DNA from: Eledone cirrhosa | Lineage: Eukaryota | DNA: 64,000 nucleotides | Assembly (NCBI GenBank): GCA_964016885.1 | Contig: OZ024740.1 | Coordinates: 423,522,001 to 423,586,000 of the forward strand | Direction of reading: 5' to 3' | Shown here: one piece after another, positions 54,181-64,000 of the stretch | How the letters are laid out: every line of letters begins with the position of its first letter | Position numbering within the stretch: position 1 is the first letter of the stretch | Position numbers and translations under genes: made by a program | Notes under the pieces: generated by a model | The model's database searches: none | What the model was told of the DNA's origin: nothing | Seen by the model: the letters and a program-made list of their open reading frames with translations, nothing else

Positions 54181-55501
54181 TAAAATAACAGATTAAAGTT
54201 TAAGCAAAGAATCGCTGCTTTCACCCTTAACGGGATCTTCTGAAACTAACAAAGTCAATCTATAAACGCAGAACTGGATATTTCAAAAAACGTTGCAACC
54301 GGAGGAAGACAGGAAAACGATACTTTGGTTCGTGGAAACGTTCCCTGGCAAAGAACGGGAAAAAACGAATATAATACGTCATTAATAGGAGCGGTGTAAA
54401 ATAATTACGCGCAAAGACAGAACCACGTTTATGATATAAAAGAAGTCGTAGACTAATGTTCTCTTAGGTGGTTCATAGAGACGTTCTCTGGCAATGAACG
54501 GAAAAAAACGAAGATAATACGTCATATGTGGAACATGGAGAACAATTGCACGCAAAGACAAAACCACGTAAATGGTAAAGCTGAAGTCGTAGACTAAATT
54601 CTAACTAGGAAACCGAATGAATCTCCGCTTCAGAGTTAAGAATAAAGTAAATAAATACAATACAGGGGTAATAGAAATTAAATAAATGCATACACACATT
54701 CAAAAACGTACATACACAAGCATACGCAAAACACTTGCTATAGGTATACAAAACCACGCACATATAGATATTTGTGTGTGTGTGCGTGTATACATACAAA
54801 AAAAACAATTAATTAAATAAACGTATATAAATAAATAAATACGTATATAACAAACGCACCCACATACCTACATGTAAATACACAAATGTTCGGAGACATA
54901 AGTCAGCCAAAACATGAAGTACACATATACACATACCCTACATACGTACGAACCTGCATACACACGCAGACGCAAAACTCCCGTATACACATAACCAAAC
55001 CATATGTACCAGAAAATATAAAAAATTTATACGCCATAACATAATCAATCAAATATACGTATGGGAAAGTATACGTACCTTCACAAAACATACAGGTAAT
55101 ATATACTTACCTATGCAAATAAGTAATGGTATAAACAAAACATATACTTAGCTACCACATCAAGACGTAAAAATTCCACGTATAGAACGTACTATCCGTT
55201 AGGGTATAATGTGGGGCTGTAATAGAGGAAAGTTTTGTGCAATTTATGTTTACAAGCCGAAATTGCCTCAGATTTTTTGTTTAAGATGTGGTCTGTGGCG
55301 TAGAGTATTTCGAGGGCCTCAGCGGCGCAGAGGTCACATGGTCTTTTATTTCCGTTATACGATCTAGCCCTAGCTAGGATCTTCCAGTGTAATTTAAATC
55401 TGTTATTTTAATAAATATTTGCTCTACGGTTCTTATATATTTAATATATATTTATCCTTATCGAGCCCTCTTTGGATTTTAGTCTTCAAATTTATTATTA
55501 T

Positions 55502-55556
<55 letters not shown>

Positions 55557-55666
55557 ATATTTATTAAAATAACAGATTAAAGTTTAAGCAAAGAATCGCT
55601 GCTTTCACCCTTAAAGGCATCTTCAGAAACTCTTTGGATTTTAGTCTTCACATTTATTATTATTAC

Positions 55667-55667
<1 letters not shown>
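54177..55667 (-). mobile_element. Penelope-like element remnant (GIY-YIG C-terminus, long 3' UTR, pseudo-LTR repeats)
   Basis: 55192-55395 encodes KLHWKILARARSYNGNKRPCDLCAAEALEILYATDHILNKKSEAISACKHK...*, the W.I...C.LC..E...I...LNK.SE....C.H ending of Penelope ORFs; direct repeats 54177-54248/55561-55632. Confidence 0.8.
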
Positions 55668-55754
<87 letters not shown>

Positions 55755-55965
55755 TAATGGTAGCTAAGATGCTTCCATAGGCGGTATGCTGGTTGAGCAC
55801 TCTATGCTCCGAAATCAATAGACGTGTCCGAGGAACCTGTGAGTCCAGAGTCAGGTAGATCCACACACAGATCGCACCTCGAGCTGTCCGCCGGGGAAAC
55901 AATTGTAACACACAATAGAGTTCCGATGCATCACTGATTTTTCATTTTCCATTCTATATATATAT

Positions 55966-56245
55966 ATCATCATCATCAACATTTTACGTCCACTTTTCCC
56001 TGCTTGCAAGGGTGGGACAGGAACTGATTCTGGCTTGATTTCTACAGCTGGATGCCCTTCCTAACACCAACCTCATTTACAGTGAGTGCTGGGTGCTTTT
56101 TTTTTTCCGTGGCGCCTACACGTCCACTTTACAGTGGAAATAAAGTGTCTTGCTCAAGGAAACAACACATCACCCGGTCTGAGAATTGAACTCACAACCT
56201 TTCGATTGCAAGGCTAATGCTCTAACCACTAAGCCATGTGCCTCC
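55966..56245 (-). mobile_element. tRNA-derived SINE with RTE-type tail
   Basis: A-box TGGCTTAGTGG, B-box GAGTTCAATTC, tail GGTTGGTGTTAGGAAGGGCATCCAGC...(GAT)n. Confidence 0.88.
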
Positions 56246-56261
56246 ACCATATACATATGTC

Positions 56262-57730
56262 GAATATAGTGAAGAGTTTAGCATAAAAGTTGGTGTTCAT
56301 CAGGGCTCCGTCGTTAGCCCCCTACTATTTATTATCGCCCTTCAGGCTATAACAGTGGAGTTCAAGACCGGCTGCCCGTGGGAACTCCTATACGCAGACG
56401 ATCTAACGCTCATAGCTGAATCAATGGCCGAACTAGAGAAGAAATTCCGAACATGGAAGCATGGCCTAGAATCAAAAGGCCTTAAAATTAACCTCTCTAA
56501 GACTAAAGTTCTAGTTTGTAGGAAGGAAAATAGGGCGCCAGTCCCATCCGGGAAATGGCCATGCACAGTGTGTAGGAAAGGAGTAGGTAGAAACTTCATT
56601 TTATGTCCCAAATGCAAAGTATGGGTGCATAAAAGATGTAGTGGGATCACAGGTAAGCTAACTAAGAACATAGATTTTATATGTGGCCGGTGCTCTGGTG
56701 CAATAAGTAGCAGCAAGTGCCCACAGAATACTAGCTCATTCCATTGCACAGATGGTTCTATAGAAATAGTGGACAGCTTCCTTTACCTGGGTGACAAAAT
56801 CAGCAGTGGGGGAGGGTGCTCTGAAAGTACAGTAGCTAGAGTCAGAACTGGATGGAAAAAGTTCAGAGAGCTTATACCACTGTTAGCCGCTAAAGGGTTC
56901 TCCCTAAAAATGAAAGGCAGGCTGTATGATGCCTGCATACGAACAGCAATGTTACATGGCAGTGAGACCTGGGCATTGTGTGCAGAGGATATACGCAGAC
57001 TGGAGAGGAATGAAGCTTGCATGCTCCGCTGGATGTGTAATAGTAATATACGTGAACGGCAAAGCATAAGTGAGCTAAGGGAAAAATTAGAAATAAGAGG
57101 GATCAGATGTTGTTTACTCGAGAGAAGGCTACGTTGGTATGGTCACGTGATGCGCATGAAAGACGACAGCTGTATAAAAAAGTGCAGGGCAATAAAAATA
57201 GACGGTAGCCACGGAGTAGGCAGACCCAGAAAAACCTGGGACGACTTGATAAATTCCGACCTCACACACTTACACCTCTCCAAGACAATGTCACTGGACC
57301 GAGAGCTTTGGCGTTACACAGTAATAGAGAAGACCCGCCTTACCTAAGTACAAAGTGAAACCTACTACAGTCAGTAGGCACCTCTAACAAAATACACCCT
57401 CCGTTCCACTACCCCCACCCCATCCACACCACCTCTTTCAATGTAAAGTTATGTTGGTACCACAACATCCAGCCCGAAACAAATGAGGTCGTGTAGGTGT
57501 CACAACAAAAAAAACACACAGTCCACGCTGTAATGTGGCTGTGTAGGTAACACGGTAAAAACCTCCCAGTTCCACACTGTAAACGTGGTTGGTGTTAGGA
57601 AGGGCATCCAGCCGTAGAAAACCCGCCAGACAGTCCTATGCGAGCAAGACCACCACTCTTGCCTCAAGTGGGAAAACACCCGTCCAAACCCATGCAAGCG
57701 AGGAATATGGACGTTAAACGATGATGATGA
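56262..57730 (+). mobile_element. 5'-truncated RTE LINE (RT with YADD, open to its stop), 3' UTR, (GAT)n tail
   Basis: VGVHQGSVVSPLLF, LLYADDL, PHD-like CxxC insert, HGSETW, GRPRKTW in ORF 56238-57347. Confidence 0.95.
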
Positions 57731-57756
57731 TATATATATATATATGCGTGTGTGTA

Positions 57757-57812
<56 letters not shown>

Positions 57813-57819
57813 AACAATA

Positions 57820-58017
57820 AAGTGTCCTGTTTCCTTGAGCAAGACACTTTATTTCACATTGCTCCAGTTTACTCAGCTGTAGAAATGAGATGATAGGGAC
57901 TGTAAATGAGGTTGGTGTTAGGAAGGGCATCCAGCTGTAGAAATCAAGCCAGAACCAGTTCCCGTCCCACCCTTGCAAGCAGGGAAAAGCGGACATAATA
58001 TGATGATGATGATGATA
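57820..58017 (+). mobile_element. 5'-truncated SINE (family of 55966-56245)
   Basis: TTCCTTGAGCAAGACACTTTATTTC core and RTE-type tail. Confidence 0.8.
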
Positions 58018-58310
58018 TGTATATATACAGAGTTACATATATATTTTAAACAATTAATGTTTACACTAGACTTCAGAAAAGACTCTACATTCCTACATGT
58101 TTTGCTTTGTTGTTGCATAGTTCTAGATGAAGGAGAGCCATAGATTAGTTTATGTAAATACTCTTCAGAATGTCTCATTAGATTACAGAAGCTGTTATCT
58201 TACAAATTCTATTTAGCTCTAATGTCTTGTAATACGCTCAATTATTTGCCAGATTTTTTTTTTTTATCTTATCAGAATATAACAACTCAAGAGGAGACAA
58301 CTCTCAAGAG

Positions 58311-58342
<32 letters not shown>

Positions 58343-58850
58343 ACAATCAGTCTGTTTTTCTCTCACTCACTCCCTTTCTATCTCTGTTACACTCTCCCAT
58401 TATCTCCCTCTCTCTTTCTATCAGTCTGTTTCTCTCTCTCTCTCTCTCTCCCTTTCTGTCTTTCTTACTCTCTCCTGTTCTCTCTCTCATCTACACATTC
58501 AACAATTGCAGTTTCAATCAAGATAGACTGTTAGTATGTTAGTATTTTATACTTGAATTCCTGATATCAGGAAGTGTGTACACATTTGAAAAGATGCATA
58601 ATTAAAATATATGTATGTATGTATGTCAGGTCACTCTTGAGTGCTACTGGTAACATGTAACCCAGTACAACCTGTCGCATGGTCGGGTCGTTGGTGACTA
58701 AACTGGCAACCCCACCAAGTTTACTTGGTGAGGAGGGTGATTTTGGACAAAGGGCGGAAGAACTCATAAGAGTCAACGCCATCCAAAAATGTGTAAATAT
58801 ATATATATACACATGTACATATGTATGTGTATGTATATACGTGTGTATAT

Positions 58851-59490
58851 GCCTGGGTGTCAGGGAGGGGCATGTACCTCTGTCGGGAGAGCTATCCATG
58901 CCCTTTTCAGGACAGCTCGTCCTGCATTGGGTCCCACCTGACACTCAGCTCTCACCTGTGGCCCCAAGAAGCTGTAGCATGCGACAGCGGCCACACCCCG
59001 GTAAGCCGCCTTGGCTGGCAGGCCGAACCAGGTTGAAGGTAGCCGGACGGGTCTGAAATCCCCGAGTAAGTTAGATAGGGGATGCCTGCCCCTGCATGCG
59101 AGACTGGACCCGGCAGAGTGAGTGGAAGAGGACAACATCGTCCTAACGGTATGGAGCGTTAGGGCACGGCAAGGCACTACAGACGTCGTGGCCATCCACT
59201 GCAGCCAAGGAAGTCCCTGGTCGTGATGGTCCTCCGTACCACCGGATTCTGGCTTCTGCGGCCGAGTGAGTGGGACGGTTACTGTGTACGGGCCCTCCCA
59301 CTATAAACCTTTCCCGCACAGGTTTCTTTTTAGTGTGCACTCCCAAAGCCCTGCAGCGATGGGCGAGAGGCAGAGGTAACAGGTGTCCCCGGACCTGCAA
59401 GTCAAGGATCGGCCTCCACAGCCACCTTCGCACCTATGGCAGACAGGAACAACAATGAAGAAGATGTCATCATCGTTTACCAAGGATGTA
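58851..59490 (+). mobile_element. Internally deleted, non-autonomous RTE derivative (5' UTR-like block fused to ORF C-terminus)
   Basis: GC-rich structured 5' block; 3' end encodes CPRTCKSRIGLHSHLRTY...*, the C-terminal zinc-finger-like ending of RTE ORFs; no RT domain in between. Confidence 0.65.
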
Positions 59491-59902
59491 TGTATGTGTG
59501 TGTGTATATATATATATTTCACTTTTGTATTTGTTTTGCAAGATTTCTTATCTGAAAACATGTGTTGAACAGATGTTGTTATAATTGGGAGAGACACAAA
59601 GTAACAAATTAGTCATTGAAGATGTTACAGAATGTGTGGCAAAAGAGCTTTGACAATAAATAAACAACCATTCAGTTGTTAAACCAACCAACTGGAAATT
59701 TGTAATAAATTAAAGTGAAAACCAACATATGCATGTGATTTTATTGGCAGCATAACCCTCCCAAAGTATATATACTTATATAAATATAGATATATAAATA
59801 TAAATTTATATATCTATATATAAATTTCTGTGATTCTGTCACAACATGTAAAGAGAGAGGAGTAGTTTGACTACTTCATACTACTCCTCTCTCTTTACTA
59901 CT

Positions 59903-60900
59903 CCGGTGTGGACGGGGTGGGGGTGGTGGGACGGGGTGTATTTTGTTAGAGATGCCTACTGACTGTAGTAGGTTTTACTTTGTATTTAGGTAAGGCGGGA
60001 CTTCTCTATTACTGAGTACCGCCAAAGGTCTCGGTCCAGTGACATTGTCTTGGAGAGGTGTAAGTGTGTGAGGTCGGAATTTATCAGCTCGTCCCAGGTT
60101 TTTCTGGGTCTGCCTACTCCGTAGCTACCGTCTATCTTTATTGCCCTGCACTTTGTTATACAGCTGTCGTCTTTCATGCGCATCACGTGACCATACCAGC
60201 GTAGCCTTCTCTCGAGTAAACAACATCTGATCCCTCTTATTTCTAATTTTTTCCTTAGTTCGCTTATGCTTTGCCGTTCACGTATGTTACTATTACACAT
60301 TCAGCGGAGCATGCAAGCTTCGTTCCTCTCTAGTCTGCGTATATCCTCTGCACACAATGCCCAGGTCTCACTGCCATGCAACATTGCTGTTCGTATGCAG
60401 GCATCATACAACCTGCCTTTCATTTTTAGGGAGAACCCTTTAGTGGCTAATAGTGGTATAAGCTCTCTGAACTTTTTCCATCCAGTTCTGACTCTAGCTA
60501 CTGTACTTTCAGAGCACCCTCCCCCACTGCTGATTTTGTCACCCAGGTAACGGAAGCTGTCCACTATTTCTATAGAACCTCTGCGCAATTGAAAGAGCTA
60601 GTATTTTGTGGGCACTTGCTGCTACTTATTGCACCAGAGCACCGGCCACATGTAAAATCTATGTTCTTAGTTAGCTTACCTGTGATCCCACTACATCTTT
60701 TATGTACCCATACTTTACATTTGGGACATAAAATGGAGTTTCTACCTACGCCTTTCCTACATACTGAGCATGGCCATTTCCCGGAAGGGACCGTCGCCTT
60801 ATTTTCTTTCCTACAAACTAGAACTTTAGTCTTAGCCAGGTTAATTTTAAGCCCTTTTGATTCTAGGCCATGCTTCCATGTTTGGAATTTCTTCTCTAGA
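59903..60900 (-). mobile_element. RTE LINE copy (same family as 52 and 56 kb) with a stop and a frameshift
   Basis: ORF pieces 59986-60947 nearly identical to the 56238-57347 protein. Confidence 0.93.
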
Positions 60901-60939
60901 TATATATACATATATAGAACAGTATATATATATATATAT

Positions 60940-61236
60940 ATCATCATTTCATTTTACGTCCACTTTTTCCCTGCTTGCAAGAGTGGGACGGGAACTGATT
61001 CTGGCTTGATTTCTACAGCTGGATGCCCTTCCTAACACCAACCTCAATATACAGTGAGTGCTGGGTGCTTTTTTGCCGTGGCACCTCCACGACCACTTTG
61101 CAGTGGAATGATAGGGACCCCAGCCCCTATGTGAAATAAAGTGTCTTGCTCAAGGAAACAACACATCACCTGGTCTGAGAATTGAACTCACAACCTTTCG
61201 ATTGCAAGGCCAATGCTCTAACCACTAAGCCATGTG
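60940..61236 (-). mobile_element. tRNA-derived SINE with RTE-type tail
   Basis: Closely similar to 55966-56245. Confidence 0.88.
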
Positions 61237-61266
61237 ATATATATATATATATATGTATGTATATAT

Positions 61267-61940
61267 ATTGCTCGCACCAACCTGAGGTATCTTATTTTTA
61301 ATGCGATGAAATACCAATGATGGTTGGAAAATCACTGACGAAGGACTATTTTTATCATATGTAACCCATGTACAAACCACGCAGTATTCTTCTTTCTTCT
61401 CATGTTTTTTATATATATTTACCTCGGCTGCGTTTGTCTGTTTCTCTCTTACTGCCTCCCCGCTCTCTCTGTTTCTCTCACCTTCTTTTGCCCCCTCTGT
61501 CAGTTACACTTTCACTCGACTGACCTCTTCCTCACACTTCCACTCACTCACTCTCTGTTTCTCCCCTTCTCACTTCCTCCTGTTTGGCTAACAGTGGGCC
61601 TCTCTTCTTCCTTACATCTCACTCAGGTCGGACGTCTATACTTTTCGCTCATGAAATCCACCCAGCTTATGCTGACCAGGACAACCATGTTGCTTGTTTA
61701 TTTCCTTTCTTTGGTTTGTTTTTATCCTTCTATGTTGTTCACTTGTCCCCCTCACTTTACGCGATTACTGGTCCCAATAACTTTTTTTAGATTATTGCTC
61801 GCACCAACCTGAGGTATCTGATTTTTAATGCGATGAAATACCAATGATGGTTGGAAAATCACTGACGAAGGACTATTTTTATCATATGTAACCCATGTAC
61901 AAACCACGCAGTATTCTTCTTTCTTCTCATGTTTTTTATA
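61267..61940 (+). mobile_element. Non-autonomous PLE/retrozyme-like element with ~140-bp direct terminal repeats
   Basis: 61267-61410 repeated at 61794-61937 (period 527 bp), each with CTGACGA-AGGAC; interior homologous to 23870-24200. Confidence 0.65.
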
Positions 61941-62369
61941 TATATATATGTAAATTATAAACAGTAACATTTATTCCTTTTTTGTTGTAAATAAAAAGAA
62001 GTAAGATTAAAAACATCAACAGGGACTGAGTGTCAAATATTTCACTTACTAAATTTTATACCCCGTAACTCTACATTGAGTTTATGATGAACCAATGGAG
62101 AAGTCTCTACATGGTCGTTTGATATACTAGACATACCAGCCAAATCGCCCTCAAATCACTCCCCAGTATCTTAGAATACCCGCCAGCCCCCCCAAAAAAG
62201 ACAAGATTATGGGTTGGAATTCCTTTGATCAAAGGTAATTTCAGTCAGGAGATTTGGGTGGGAGCCAAACAACAGGTTTATCATGTTGTTGTTGTTGATT
62301 TGTCAGTTGTAAAAAAGTAATTAAATTATTACCTGGTAAGATCTTAAATATAAATGTCTTCTATTGTTT

Positions 62370-63885
62370 TATAATAATAATATAATAATAATAATAATGA
62401 AATTATTGTGTACAGTGCTCAGGTGCACTACAACTCATCAAAGGTGCATGTATAGTACATAGAATAATATACAAATGTCAGGAAAGTGAACAGTGTATGA
62501 GTCATGATATACATGTGTGTATGTGTATGGAGGGGGAATATTAGGTGTAGTGTTGGCGAATCTCAGGAAGCATGGAAGTTTTAAAGGATGCAGTGTCTCG
62601 GCAGCTAATAACTGATGCAGGTAGTTTGTTCCATGGAGGTTTTAAAGGATGCAGTGTCTTGACAGCTAACAACTGATGCAGGTAGTTTGTTCCATGGAGG
62701 TTTTAAAGGATGCAGTGTCTCGACAGCTAACAACTGATGCAGGTAGTTTGTTCCATGGAGGTTTTAAAGGATGCAGTGTCTTGACAGTTAACAACTGATG
62801 CAGGTAGTTTGTTCCATGGAGGTTTTAAAGGATGCAGTGTCTCGACAGCTAACAACTGATGCAGGTAGTTTGTTCCATGGAGGTTTTAAAGGATGCAGTG
62901 TCTCGACAGCTAACAACTGATGCAGGGAGTTTGTTCCATGGAGGTTTTAAAGGATGCAGTGTCTCGGCAGCTAATAACTGATGCAGGTAGTTTGTTCCAT
63001 GGAGGTTTTAAAGGATGCAGTGTCTTGACAGCTAACAACTGATGCAGGGAGTTTGTTCCATGGAGGTTTTAAAGGATGCAGTGTCTCGACAGCTAACAAC
63101 TGATGCAGGTAGTTTGTTCCATGGAGGTTTTAAAGGATGCAGTGTCTCGACAGCTAACAACTGATGCAGGTAGTTTGTTCCATGGAGGTTTTAAAGGATG
63201 CAGTGTCTCGACAGCTAACAACTGATGCAGGTAGTTTGTTCCATGGAGGTTTTAAAGGATGCAGTGTCTCGACAGCTAACAACTGATGCAGGTAGTTTGT
63301 TCCATGGAGGTTTTAAAGGATGCAGTGTCTTGACAGCTAACAACTGATGCAGGTAGTTTGTTCCATGGAGGTTTTAAAGGATGCAATGTCTCGACAGCTA
63401 ACAACTGATGCAGGTAGTTTGTTCCATGGAGGTTTTAAAGGATGCAGTGTCTCGACAGCTAACAACTGATGCAGGTAGTTTGTTCCATGGAGGTTTTAAA
63501 GGATGCAGTGTCTCGACAGCTAACAACTGATGCAGGTAGTTTGTTCCATGGAGGTTTTAAAGGATGCAGTGTCTCGACAGCTAACAACTGATGCAGGTAG
63601 TTTGTTCCATGGAGGTTTTAAAGGATGCAGTGTCTTGACAGCTAACAACTGATGCAGGTAGTTTGTTCCATGGAGGTTTTAAAGGATGCAGTGTCTCGAC
63701 AGCTAACAACTGATGCAGGTAGTTTGTTCCATGGAGGTTTTAAAGGATGCAGTGTCTCGACAGCTAACAACTGATGCAGGGAGTTTGTTCCATGGAGGTT
63801 TTAAAGGATGCAGGTAGTTTGTTCCATGCTTCAGCAACTGTGAGCATGAAAAAACGTTTCCGATAGTCATGGGAGCTGTTATGGT
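62370..63885 (-). mobile_element. CR1-type LINE 3' end containing the 61-bp array
   Basis: With the array collapsed it reads HDYRKRFFMLTVAEAWNKLPASVVSCRDTASFKTSMLPEIRQHYT* (CR1/L2 ORF2 ending R..FF..RV...WN.LP..VV......FK); 3' UTR and ATT/TAA-type tail. Confidence 0.85.
62571..63828. repeat. 61-bp minisatellite: 20 full units plus one 34-bp deleted unit
   Basis: Unit CATGGAGGTTTTAAAGGATGCAGTGTCTCGACAGCTAACAACTGATGCAGGTAGTTTGTTC. Confidence 0.98.
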
Positions 63886-64000
63886 ATATTCTGTTGATGT
63901 TTCAATAGAATTGTTCCATATTTACCTCAAATTCTTTGTTTCCTTGAAAAATGTCTTCACACTTTTCATATAGTTTTAGGCAGCTTTTGCTGTTTGAAGG

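Noticed and set aside
62322-62365. Minus-strand micro-exon ending CAG|GTAATA
   Set aside because: Weak acceptor, adjacent to a CR1 tail, no supporting evidence

Overview
Eukaryotic, AT-rich, repeat-dominated DNA. The SINE/RTE repertoire looks like an octopus or other coleoid cephalopod (inference from recalled repeat families, not verified). About half the window (~33 kb) is six tandem arrays with units of 27, 26, 29, ~72-86, 20 and 61 bp. The rest is tRNA-derived SINEs, RTE/CR1/CRE non-LTR relics, Penelope-like (PLE) remnants with hammerhead-like motifs, non-autonomous Helitrons, fold-back palindromes and microsatellites. Only one host coding exon is well supported: a minus-strand terminal exon at 28231-28455 ending ...DEEDEDESDGYDTPTDEAPMKRAKI*. 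A possible alternative terminal exon lies at 31367-31384. The very long ORFs in the track are translations of satellites. Most interesting: (i) two minisatellites that arose inside LINE coding sequence, (ii) a ~527-bp non-autonomous PLE/retrozyme-like family present in both tandem and inverted form, (iii) an internally deleted RTE resembling vertebrate RTEs, and (iv) a 17.7-kb array with higher-order structure abutting a putative splice acceptor. No new protein-based system can be supported from this sequence.
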